A stretch of 64,000 nucleotides of DNA from Macrostomum lignano. Lineage: Eukaryota. Numbering within the stretch: position 1 is the first letter of the stretch; each line of letters begins with the position of its first letter. A program made the translations under genes and the position numbers. The notes under the pieces were generated by a model. That model was not told the DNA's origin. It saw only the letters and a list, made by a program, of their open reading frames with translations, and did no database searches. Shown one piece after another: positions 22,430 to 34,289 of the stretch. The DNA is taken from positions 1,178,001 to 1,242,000 of the forward strand of contig NIVC01000029.1 in NCBI GenBank assembly GCA_002269645.1, written 5' to 3'.

Positions 22430-23570
22430 CCATCAATTTTCTGTATGATTTACAACCAATTATGTGAATTTTATGAGCAATTTTCTAAATGATTTATGAC
22501 CAATATTCTCGGTGTGATTTATGAACAACTCTATGGATGATTTGTGACCAATTCTCTGAATTATTTGTGACCAATTCTCTGGATAATTTAAGACGAATTC
22601 TCTAGCTTATTTATGAGCGATTCTCTGGATGACTCATAAGCGATTATCTGGTGATTTATGACCAATTCTCTCTGTGGTATTTATGACCGATTCTTTGGAT
22701 CATATATGACCAATTCTCTGGATCATTTATGACCATTTCTTTGGATGATTTATGACCAATTATCTGGATCATTAAAGACAGATTCTCCGGATTATTTATG
22801 ACCTATTCTCTGGATTATTTATGACCAATTCTCTGGATCATATATGACCAATTCTCTGGATCATATATGACCAATTCTCTGGATGATTTATGACCAATTC
22901 TCTGGATCATATATGACCAATTCTCTGGATCATATATGACAATTCTCTGGATGATTTATGACCAATTCTCTGGATCATATATGACCAATTCTCTGGATCA
23001 TATATGACCAATTCTCTGGATTATTTATGACCAATTCTCTGGATCATATATGACCAATTCTCTGGATCATTTATGCCCAATTTTCTGGATGATTTATGAC
23101 CATTTCTCTGGATGATTTATGACCAATTATCTGGATCATTAAAGACAAATTCTCTGGATGATTTATGACAAATTCTCTGGATGATTTATGATCAATTCTC
23201 TGGATCATATATGACCAATTCTCTGGATTATTTATAACCAATTCTCTGGATCATTTACGACCAATTCTCTGGATCATTTATGACCAATTTTCTGGATCAT
23301 TTATGACCATTTCTCTGGATGATTTATGACCAATTATCTGGATCATTAAAGACAAATTCTCTGGATGATTCATGACAAATTCTCTGGATGATTTATGACC
23401 AATTCTCTGGATCATATATGACTAATTCTCTGGATCATATATGACCAATTCTCTGGATTATTTATGACCAATTCTCTGGATCATATATGACCAATTCTCT
23501 GGATTATTTATGACCAATTCTCTGGATCATATATGACCAATTCTCTGGATGATTTGTGAGCGCATATCCG
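22430..23570 (+). repeat. 23-bp minisatellite (TATGACCAATTCTCTGGATCATA) between the convergent SMOC and TP53BP1 3' ends
   Basis: About 45-50 copies, degenerate at the left edge. Confidence 0.93.
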
Positions 23571-24224
23571 GTGATTGATGACCGCTTGTACTACAGGACA
23601 AAAATGCAAAATGAACGACCTGCATTTTCTGAAGGCATTTCCTAAGAAATGGATAGTTATTTAAAAATAAGGCTACTAAACAAAAATTAGGCAGTAAAAT
23701 TATTTAATAATTTAATAGATTATTAGTAAAAACAGGTGGCTATGATGGAACTAGCAGAATTGTCACGCAAAAATTTCATTAGAATTGAAAATTAATATGA
23801 AATTCTTAATGCAACATGCTGCTAGCGTGGGTTGAGATATAAATTAAATTAATAAACAATGAACCTACTGATGTATAGTAGTATAAAATGCGGTCATATT
23901 CACTGTGCAATTTTAAAACAGTGGCTAGCGGATTTAAGGCAGATATACGCAGTTAACTGCACTTAAAATCAAATACAAAATACAAAATATACAAAACACT
24001 GTACCAAAATAACTTGAAATCTTAATTGTGGATAAAATTATCAATTTGAATCAAAAACTTACAATTAGGACTTAAAATAATTATGGGCATGACTGTGTTT
24101 AGATTATACTGGGTACTGTATAAAGCACTCGATATCTATAGCACTTTATCTCAGAGTTGTTCCAAAATTAATGAATTCACGAGTATTGTACATATTACTA
24201 TTTTTATTTATGAAAATAGAAAAT

Positions 24225-24930
24225 CTTCCCCATTTTGACCGATCCTCAAATCTTCCCATTATGAGCACCTTCCTTGAATCTCCACATTTTGAGCACCATT
24301 GTTTAATCTTCCTATTTTGAGCACCTTCCTTAATTTCCCAATTTCGAGCAGCTCTCAGATATACCTATTTTGAACACCTTCCTAAAATCTCCCCATTTCG
24401 AGCATATTACTCAAATTTCCTCACTTTGAGCACATTACTCAAATCTCCCTATTTTAAGCACCTTCCTCAAATCTCCCCATTTCGAGCATATTACTCAAAT
24501 TTCCTCACTTTGAGCACATTACTCAAATCTCCCTATTTTAAGCACCTTCCTCAAATCTCCCCATTTCGAGCACATTACTCAAATTTCCTCACTTTGAGCA
24601 TATTACTCAAATCTCCCCATTTTAAGCACCTTCCTCAAATCTCCCCATTTCGAGTATATTACTCAAATCTCCCCACTTCGAGCATATTCCTTAAGTCTCC
24701 CCACTTCGAGCATATTCCTCAAATCTCCCCATTTCGAGCATATTCCTCAAATCTCCCTATTTTAAGCCCCTTCCTCAAATCTCCCTATTTTAAGCACCTT
24801 CCTCAAATCTCCCTATTTTAAGCACCTTCCTCAAATCTCCCTATTTTAAGCACCTTCCTCAAATCTCCCTATTTTAAGCACCTTCCTCAAATCTCCCTAT
24901 TTTAAGCACCTTCCTCAAATCTCCCCATTC
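24225..24930 (+). repeat. About 29-bp minisatellite (TTTTAAGCACCTTCCTCAAATCTCCCTAT) immediately downstream of the TP53BP1 stop
   Basis: Tandem copies; related to the 27920-30325 family. Confidence 0.9.
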
Positions 24931-24977
24931 GAGCAGTCACCTGAAGTGCTGCCGCCTTGGGAATGTTACGCAACAAA

Positions 24978-27900
24978 TCAATTGTTAATAGGCAGCTGTT
25001 TACCGCAGACCACACAGGAAACATAATAATCCCTAGGCATTGGTCGGCAGCCCAGCTGCAGCAGACGCCGGGGCACAGACATTGGACAAGACTGCTCATC
25101 CAGCCACGCCAGCCTATCACCAACGCCGGCAACATCAGCAGCAGTCAGGCTGGCAACCAGTCGCGGCTGCACAGGCTTTACATTAGCCCCGGCAGCTTGA
25201 AGCAGATCTGTGCACCTGGCAAGAAACTCTGCATCGTCTGACACTACTATAACTAGTAGTTGACGATTGAACACCGGCTGCACGGGCAATGTAGATTCCG
25301 CAGACCAGGGCACCAAGCGATTATTCAACGAATCCCATCCTCGAACGTGTCGATAAGAATCAACTGGCTGAAGTGCGCCTCTAGAGCAGGAGTCGGTGAC
25401 CCAAAGAGTCGACAGGCAGGGCACCCGAGCTGTCAGGCACAACAGAAACTTCACCGATCTGCTGAAGTTTGGCGACAACAGAATCAGCGGTTGATTGTGA
25501 AGATTGTCCGAAGTCAACTTGTCCGCGAACAGCTTGCCGCCGCCTCGAACCAACTGCCGCTCTAGCCAGACGTGATCGAAGAGGTCGCGAGCTCGATTCT
25601 GCCGAGCTAGGACATCGGCGGGCAGCTGGGCATCATCAACTGGACAAGGAGAGTTCGATATTAGAAATGTGTAGCCAGCAAACAAGTGCGAGTCCAGTAT
25701 TGGACCGCGGCTGTCTGACCCCGCCGCCACCGACTGCTGCTGCTGCTGCTGCTTCAAGCCGCGTCGAGGACTTCGACGCGGCGGCGGCGACATCGGCAGA
25801 GACGACGGATTCACCTCTTCGTCTATAGAGCGACGCGACACCGGCGAGACAGCAGCAGCTTCTGGCTCTGGAAGCTGGCGTCGAACCCCCCGAGGGGTGG
25901 CCGCCGAAGTAGATGCGACAGGGACCGCGGCTGCTGATGACGGAGTCCTGGGAGTTGACGGGGTGCCGCCTCCTTGACGACGCTTGTTGGCGGAGCCTAA
26001 TTTTCGTCCGCTTCCTGGCCTGGGGAAAGTAAGGAATGTTCATGATTTTTACTACTACTGAAAGTAGGTATCTTTATAACGAAAAAGCTTAAATCAAAAT
26101 GCGAACTCGGGACTTCATCTTCTACGCCCTATTTATAGTCAGACAAACAACCAAAACGAGATTCGAACTCAGGACTTTCCTATTGTATTTTCTGTGGGTC
26201 TATTGATCGAATTGAGATTCGAACCCGGGACTTCTTCGATGAATTTTCAGCCTAATAAGGCTAAATTGGGATTCGAACTCCGGACCTTATCTATACACTA
26301 TTCTCAGCCCTAAAGACTCAAACTGAAGTGGGATTCGAACTCACTCAGGATCTTATCTAACTATACACAATTTTTCAGTCCGATGGTATCGAATCCCAAA
26401 AGATTCGAACTCGCGACCTCACCTATCAGGCGCACAAACGCTGGCAGGCGGTTCAGGCAGCCAACTGCCTCTCAACGGGCGCTCCTTACGAACTCTCTGA
26501 GTTCGCTGATTGGCCACTGAATTGGAATTACTATTAGTAGTACTGGTAGCACCATTGCTGGTGTCCAACACCACATCAGATGATAGATCCCTAATAGAAG
26601 AGGCGGAAAGCTCGCCAGGAGAACATCTGGAGTCTGGGCCGTTAGCTAGTAGGCTACGAGCGGACGATTTAGTCAGAGCGACACCGCCGCGAGGCAGCGC
26701 GACAGTCTGACCAGTGCTCTGGTGCTTCACCAAGTAGACTAGGCTACTCATATCTGAGCTAGCAGGGCTGATGTGCCTCAAAATCTCATAGCCATTAGTG
26801 AAGTTTCCGGTAGAGGCGGGATCGGCGCAGACTCTGGTGCCAACCGGAAGCAGACTGTGCCAGACAATCTGATTGAATTGCACCGATGGTGCGACGCTTC
26901 CGTCATCGAATGCGATTCGAAATGGTTCCACAGGCTCAGCCCCGTGCGGCTCTGTGCTAATTATGCGGCCAGCGTAGTAGAACCTGTCAGCCCGCCACAG
27001 GGCATACACCTGCCTGGGTGAGGTGTGGGAAGCTGTGTTAACTTTTACTATCGAGCCCACGCATGGTATGAAATCCCATCCAGAGAGTGTGGGGAATTCT
27101 ATATGGTATGAAATCCCATCCAGAGAGTGTGGGGAATTCTATATGGTATGAAATCCCATCCAGAGAGTGTGGGGAATTCTATATGGTATAAAATTCCATC
27201 CAGAGAGTGTGGGGAATTCTATATGGCATGAAATCCCATTCATAGAGTGTTGGGAATTCTATATGGTATAAAATCCCATCCATAGAGTGTGGGGAATTCT
27301 ATATGGTATAAAATTCCATCCATAGAGTGTGGATAGAACTTACAAAACTGAAAAATAAACAAACCTGCTCGATGCATCATCGGTACCGCTACTATTAGTA
27401 GCGATTATGGAAGGATTAGCATTCTCAGCAGCTGTGGCGGCACCATGAGCGATGGCCATCCTGGGCACGAAGCCCGGAGTGCTGTCACTCGCAGCCTGTT
27501 GCCGACTTGCAGTCGAACAAGATGACGCAGTGTTTAACTGTGTCGGCGCGGTCCCGGTGTGGCCGCCGAAATTGGCAACATCGGATCGACGCACTGCGGC
27601 GGCGGCGGCGGCGGCGGCGGCTGCGGTAGCAACCGCATGGGAACTGGTCGAGTTGCTGCTGTTATCCCCTTCGTAGCCATTATCGGTTCTCTCAGACGGC
27701 CGCTCCGAAGTCAAGGGCAGCTCCGACACGCTGACCCCTTGATGGCCTAGCCAGCCGTCTATAGCCGACTTTAGCCTGGGAATTGCTTCCCTGGCGATGG
27801 CTTGCGGAAACATCAGCATCACGCAGTTGTATTGGCCCGGTGCCAAGGCTCCTGAACGCCATAGAAACGCTTCCGGGTTGCCACCTGCTTGTATTAGGAA

Positions 27901-30900
27901 AGCATGCTTATGAAGTATAATTTGAGCAATATCCAAATCTCCCCATTTTGAGCAATCATCCAAATCGTCCCACATTGAGCAATTCCCTGAATCTTCCTAC
28001 GAGCTATTTTGAGCAATCCCCAAATCTTACCATATTGAGCAAATCTCCAAATATTCCCATTTTGAGAAATCCCCAAATCTTCCTATTTTGAGCAATCCCC
28101 AAATCTTCCCATTTTGAGCAATCCCCAAATCTTCCCATTTTGAGCAATCCCCAAATCTTCCCATTTTGAGCAATCCCCAAATCTTCCCATTTTGAGCAAT
28201 CCCCAAATCTTCCCATTTTGAGCAATCCCCAAATCTTCCCATTTTGAGCAATCCCCAAATCTTCCCATTTTGAGCAATCCCCAAATCTTCCCATTTTGAG
28301 CAATCCCCAAATCTTCCCATTTTGAGCAATCCCCAAATCTTCCCATTTTGAGCAATCCCAAAATCTTCCCATTTTGAGCAATCATCCAAATCTTCCCACA
28401 TTGAGCAATTCCCTAAATCTTCCTACGAGCTATTTTGAGCAATCCCCAAATCTTCCCATTTTGAGCAATCCCCAAATCTTCCCCCATTAGAGGAATCATT
28501 AAATCTCTCACATTTTTAGAAATTCACATTTTGAGCAATCCCCAAATCTTCCCATTTTGAGCAATCCCCAAATCTTCCCCCATTAGAGGAATCATTAAAT
28601 CTCTCACATTTTTAGAAATTCACATTTTGAGCAATCCCCAAGTCTTCCCATTTTGAGCAATCCCAAAATCTTCCCATTTTGAGCAATCATCCAAATCTTC
28701 CCACATTGAGCAATTCCCTAAATCTTCCTACGAGCTATTTTGAGCAATCCCCAAATCTTCCCATTTTGAGCAATCCCCAAATCTTCCCCCATTAGAGGAA
28801 TCAAAATCTCTCACATTTTTAGAAATTCACATTTTGAGCAATCCCCAAATCTTCCCCCATTAGAGGAATCATTAAATCTCTCACATTTTTAGAAATTCAC
28901 ATTTTGAGCAATCCCCAAATCTTCCCATTTTGAGCAATCCCCAAATCTTCCCCCATTAGAGGAATCATTAAATCTCTCACATTTTTAGAAATTCACATTT
29001 TGAGCAATCCCCAAGTCTTCCCATTTTGAGCAATCCCAAAATCTTCCCATTTTGAGCAATCATCCAAATCTTCCCACATTGAGCAATTCCCTAAATCTTC
29101 CTACGAGCTATTTTGAGCAATCCCCAAATCTTCCCATTTTGAGCAATCCCCAAATCTTCCCCCATTAGAGGAATCATTAAATCTCTCACATTTTTAGAAA
29201 TTCACATTTTGAGCAATCCCCCCAAATCTTACCATATTGAGCAAATCTCCAAATATTCCCATTTTGAGAAATTCCCAAATCTTCCCATTTTGAGCAATCC
29301 CCAAATCTTCCCATTTTGAGCAATCCCCAAATCATCCCATTTTGAGCAACCCCCAAATCATCCCATTTTGAGCAATCCCCAAATCTTCCCATTTTGAGCA
29401 ATCCCCAAATCTTCCCATTTTGAGCAATCCCCAAATCTTCCCATTTTGAGCAATCCCCAAATCTTCCCATTTTGAGCAATCATCCAAATCTTCCCACATT
29501 GAGCAATTCCCTAAATCTTCCTACGAGCTATTTTGAGCAATCCCCAAATCTTCCCATTTTGAGCAATCCCCAAATCTTCCCCCATTAGAGGAATCATTAA
29601 ATCTCTCACATTTTTAGAAATTCACATTTTGAGCAATCCCCAAGTCTTCCCATTTTGAGCAATCCCAAAATCTTCCCATTTTGAGCAATCATCCAAATCT
29701 TCCCACATTGAGCAATTCCCTAAATCTTCCTACGAGCTATTTTGAGCAATCCCCAAATCTTCCCATTTTGAGCAATCCCCAAATCTTCCCCCATTAGAGG
29801 AATCATTAAATCTCTCACATTTTTAGAAATTCACATTTTGAGCAATCCCCAAATCTTCCCATTTTGAGCAATCCCCAAATCTTCCCCCATTAGAGGAATC
29901 ATTAAATCTCTCACATTTTTAGAAATTCACATTTTGAGCAATCCCCCCAAATCTTACCATATTGAGCAAATCTCCAAATATTCCCATTTTGAGAAATTCC
30001 CAAATCTTCCCATTTTGAGCAATCCCCAAATCTTCCCATTTTGAGCAATCCCCAAATCTTCCCATTTTGAGCAATCCCCAAATCTTCCCATTTTGAGCAA
30101 TCCCCAAATCTTCCCATTTTGAGCAATCCCCAAATCTTCCCATTTTGAGCAATCCCCAAATCTTCCTCCTATTAGAGGAATCATTAAATCTCTCAAATTT
30201 TTAGAGTTTCCCATTTTGAGCAATCCCCAAATCTTCCCCCATTAGAGGAATCATTAAATCTCTCAAATTTTTAGAAATTCACATTTTGAGCAATCCCCAA
30301 CAAAAAATCTTTCCATTTTGAGCAATTTTGAAGAAAACTTCAAGTACATCTTGTTACTACAGACAGAAAAAGGCAAAAGAAAAGAAAACAATAGGCTACC
30401 AGCCAACGCTGCAGCCGAAGAAGCCATCGACGCCGAAGAAAATAATGACGAATTAGTAGAAGATGTCGACTGTCGGGGCGGAGGAGGAGGCGGCTGCGGC
30501 TGAGGCGGCTGCTGCTGCTGCTTCTGTCGTTTCCGACCACTTCGAGGAGTGTTGCTGGAGCCAGACTGATCAGACAACCCTGCATCAGTGCCCGAGCCAG
30601 TGTTGCAAGCCCGCTTGCGGTTGCCGCCAGAGGGCGGCGGCGGCGGGGGCGGCGGCGGCGGGGGCGGCGGCGGCGGCAGAATCTGCTGCTGCTGTCTGGC
30701 CTGAGACTCCGGGCCCGAGTCAATCACTATTGGCGGATCAGAGCCGACAAAATATGAAGGCTGCCGATAGTCGCTGGAGTACATTTATAAATGATTATAT
30801 ATTAATAAAAGCTAGCAAAGCCTGCATAGAAACTATTGCATGTATTAACTAGGGAGTTGTAGCCTAGTGGTCAGCGTCGAACTCACGACTTAGAGGTGGG

Positions 30901-33469
30901 GGGTTCGATTCCCGATCCCATTTGAACAATTTGTGTCCTTGAGCAAGACACTTAACTCTGCATTGCTTCAGTTCACCCAGCTGTAAAATGGGTGCCAGCA
31001 TTAGCTGGGGTAATTGAGGGTGTGTGTGGCGACCCCCCAGTCCTTGGACTGAACAGCCGTACGCAGCCTTCAGATGCGCCGCGCAATAGCTGCGGCTGAG
31101 CTGTCGGTTGCACATCTGCTCACTGGGCTGAGGCATTGAGGATCTGAATAGCAGTCGCAGGAGAAAACTTTAGAAGTTAGGCTAAAGAGCAATAAGACCG
31201 ACAATTAAGTAATTCGGGATTCTTAGAGATTAGGGAGTTATACTAGTTAATCTGGGAAATACAGTCGCCGATTAATTAGGCCCTGAGATTCAGGGATCTC
31301 TGTCTCGATCTCTTTGTCTCTCTGAAGACGGTACTGAGAGTCAGGAGTCTCTGTGAGAGGGATGCTGAGAGTCAGGAGTCTCTATGAGAGGGATTTTGAG
31401 AGTCAGGGGTCTCTGTGAGAGGGATGCTGAGAGTCAGGAGTCTCTGTGAGAGGGATGCTGAGAGTCAGGAGTCTCTATGAGAGGGATTTTGAGAGTCAGG
31501 GGTCTCTGTGAGAGGGATGCTGAGAGTCAGGAGTCTCTGTGAGAGGGATGCTGAGAGTCAGGAGTCTCTGTGAGAGGGATGCTGAGAGTCAGGAGTCTCT
31601 GTGAGAGGGATGCTGAGAGTCAGGAGTCTCTGTGAGAGGGATGCTGAGAGTCAAGAGTCTCTGTGAGAGGGATGCTGAGAGTCAGGAGTCTCTGTGAGAG
31701 GGATGCTGAGAGTCAGGAGTCTCTGTGAGAGGGATGCTGAGAGTCAGGAGTCTCTGAGAGGGATGCTGAGAGTCAGGAGTCTCTGTGAGAGGGATGCTGA
31801 GAGTCAGCAATGTCTATACAAGTCTGCTTACAGGTTGTGCTCAAAAACAAAAATAAAAAACTAACCAATCACTGCTGGTCTCAGAGGCGCAAAAAGCGGT
31901 GCTTCTAGTTCTGGTTGCACCATCGCTAGTACTGGCAGTGGTGGCTCCAACCAGCAACTGGGGCGGCTGATGCTGATTTGGCGCGGTAGCTTCATCATCC
32001 TTCTCTTCATCTTCTTTGTCGCCTAAGCGACTGGCATGAACGATGGGCGCTGGCGTTTCTTTTGCTGAGGGCGATGAGATAAAAAGCTAATCTCTTAAAG
32101 CTTTGTCATGGCGAATCTATAAGGTCTTTCTTGCCGAATCTATAAGGTCCATCTTGCCGAATCTATAAGATCTTTCTTGCCGAATCTATAAGGTCTTTCT
32201 TGCCGAATCTATAAGGCCTATCTTGCCGAATCTACAATATAAGGTCTTTCTTGCTGAATCTATAAGGTCTATCTTGCCGAATCTATAAGGTCTTTCTTGC
32301 CGAATCTATAAAGCCTATCTTGCCGAATCTATAAGGTCTTTCTTGCCGAATCTATAAGGCCTATCTTGCCGAATCTATAAGGTCTTTCTTGCTGAATCTA
32401 TAAGGTCTATCTTGCCGAATCTATAAGGTCTTTCTTGCCGAATCTATAAAGCCTATCTTGCCGAATCTATAAGGTCTTTCTTGCCGAATCTATAAGGCCT
32501 ATCTTGCCGAATCTATAAGGTCTTTCTTGCCGAATCTATAAGGCCTATCTTGCCGAATCTATAAGGTCTTTCTTGCTGAATCTATAAGGTCTATCTTGCC
32601 GAATCTATAAGGTCTTTCTTGCCGAATCTATAAGGTCTTTCTTGCCGAATCTATAAGGCCTATCTTGCCGAATCTATAAGGCCTATCTTGCCGAATCTAT
32701 AAGGCCTATCTTGCCGAATCTATAAGGTCTATCTTGGCAAATCTAGAGGGCTTATCTAGGTAAATCTAGAGGGTCTATTTTGGCGAATCTATAAGGTTTA
32801 TCTTGGCGATTCTATAGACAACTCTTAAGCTGGGGATTCTAAATTTTATATATTTGTTTTTATTTCAAAAGACAATTCCATTTTCTAACCCTTCGAGGAT
32901 TTGTTAACAGAAGCAGAACCGCTGTTGCTGCCGCTGCTTCCAGAAGCAGAATCAAGCCGATTTCCGGGCAACTCTTGACCGCTTGGCAACGCGTAGGCGG
33001 CAGCTGCGGCCTCCTCAGAAGCCGGCAAATTTTCTGCAACTTCGACGTCATCTTGACATCGACGAAGCCCGACCTCGACGGCCTGGGAAGCGGCATGATC
33101 GTACGACACTTCAAAATCTGTTGTCACCTCGTTGCTACTATTAGTAGCATTGGTCGAACATCGGAGCTGATATTATAATTAAAAAGCACAAATTTTTATT
33201 CTAACTATGCTTTAAAAGCCTATGCTCTTCAAATATAAATTAAATAACAAGCCCGAGAGAACAAAGCAGCGATTCCATCACTTACAGGAGGCGTCGGGCC
33301 TAAAGTTTGCGGCACAGAGAATAGCAGACTGGAGCTGCTCTCTTCCGATGATTGCGGTGGGCAATCCTGAAATATAATAGTTATATGTATTGCATTGGGC
33401 ATGCTGCTTGCTGAGTGCACCTGTCTGTCTGTGTGTCTGTCTGCCTGTCTGTCTGTCTGTTTGTCTGTG

Positions 33470-33504
<35 letters not shown>

Positions 33505-33505
33505 G

Positions 33506-33538
<33 letters not shown>

Positions 33539-33551
33539 GCCTGCCTGCCTA

Positions 33552-33616
<65 letters not shown>

Positions 33617-33962
33617 GCCTGTCTGTCTGTATTGTTTCATCTCTATAGTTCAAGCATATAATCATACAAGTTGATCTATTAACTTGTAAACAGACTATAA
33701 ATTGTGTTTCCACACACATGTAAACTCCTGTAAATATGTAAATCTATTTACGGTAAGCTTATCTTCGTACGAAAACAGACCTAAAGTATAGGTAAATATG
33801 TAGCTCTCAGAGTTAAGCTAACTAACCTATAGCATTTCTTATGCTTTCTTCATCATTAGTAAAAAAAGAAACATAAAAAGAAAAAATGAATAACTCGGGA
33901 AGGATTTACAAGGAATTGAAAATACGGTAAACAGCTAGGTGCGTTACCGGCCTTGTGGCCAT
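24978..33962 (-). CDS. TP53BP1: TP53-binding protein 1-like (tandem Tudor + tandem BRCT); 8 exons (33962-33948, 33366-33286, 33166-32890, 32064-31866, 30773-30400, 27884-27365, 27013-26423, 26019-24978), about 1032 aa
   Basis: Tandem Tudor [33 protein letters not shown]; BRCT pair [44 protein letters not shown]. All exon phases chain (3099 nt, divisible by 3). The low-complexity 5' exons are less certain than the Tudor/BRCT exons. Confidence 0.85.
26098..26416 (-). repeat. Degenerate tandem array of six tRNA B-box-like motifs (GAGTTCGAATCCC) in TP53BP1 intron 7
   Basis: (G/A)GATTCGAAC(T/C)C-like motifs on + near 26100, 26160, 26216, 26270, 26331 and 26401, spaced about 55-70 bp apart. Confidence 0.7.
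27060..27335 (+). repeat. 40-bp minisatellite (ATATGGTATGAAATCCCATCCAGAGAGTGTGGGGAATTCT) in TP53BP1 intron 6
   Basis: About 7 copies. Confidence 0.95.
27920..30325 (+). repeat. 26-bp minisatellite (TTTTGAGCAATCCCCAAATCTTCCCA) with higher-order blocks, in TP53BP1 intron 5
   Basis: Homogeneous runs are interleaved with recurring composite blocks (..CCCCATTAGAGGAATCATTAAATCTCTCACATTTTTAGAAATTCACA.. and ..CCCACATTGAGCAATTCCCTAAATCTTCCTACGAGCTA..). Confidence 0.95.
30852..31140 (+). mobile_element. tRNA-derived SINE with a CORE-like central domain (family 2), antisense in TP53BP1 intron 4
   Basis: A-box TAGCCTAGTGG and B-box GGTTCGATTCCC, then TGTGTCCTTGAGCAAGACACTTAACTCTGCATTGCTTCAGTTCACCCAGCTGTAAAATGGG, which resembles the MIR CORE (GACCTTGGGCAAGTCACTTAACCTCTCTG..CTCAGTTTCCTCATCTGTAAAATGGG). 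Confidence 0.8.
31335..31806 (+). repeat. 31-bp minisatellite (GAGAGTCAGGAGTCTCTGTGAGAGGGATGCT) in TP53BP1 intron 4
   Basis: About 15 copies. Confidence 0.95.
32110..32810 (+). repeat. 23-bp minisatellite (TTGCCGAATCTATAAGGTCTTTC) in TP53BP1 intron 3
   Basis: About 30 copies. Confidence 0.95.
33420..33630 (+). repeat. (GTCT)n microsatellite in TP53BP1 intron 1
   Basis: Read directly. Confidence 0.97.
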
Positions 33963-34289
33963 TTTCTATTACTAATTTTGTATTAGAAAATAAAGTAAAG
34001 GAAACAATCTTTTAAAACTAAAAGAACAGACACACAAGAAGCAATAAGCAATAACTTAAAAGTAAACTCAAAAAAGTTTCTAGCATTAAGTATGAGAAAG
34101 CCGTTTATTACAATATATTAAGAATTTTATAGCCTATTAAATTGTAAGACACATTTCAGATTACCAAAAGCATTAAGCACAGTCCCATTTTATTACCTTT
34201 AGTTGCTAAGGGGCAGCGAGTTTCGGATTTGCAAATACAATTTCAAGTAGTTTTAATTGAGACTTCAATAGTAAGACTGGAACTTTTGT

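Noticed and set aside
30852-30920. tRNA genes at the SINE heads (also 54686-54775)
   Set aside because: A and B boxes are present but there is no closing acceptor stem, and the heads run into SINE bodies.
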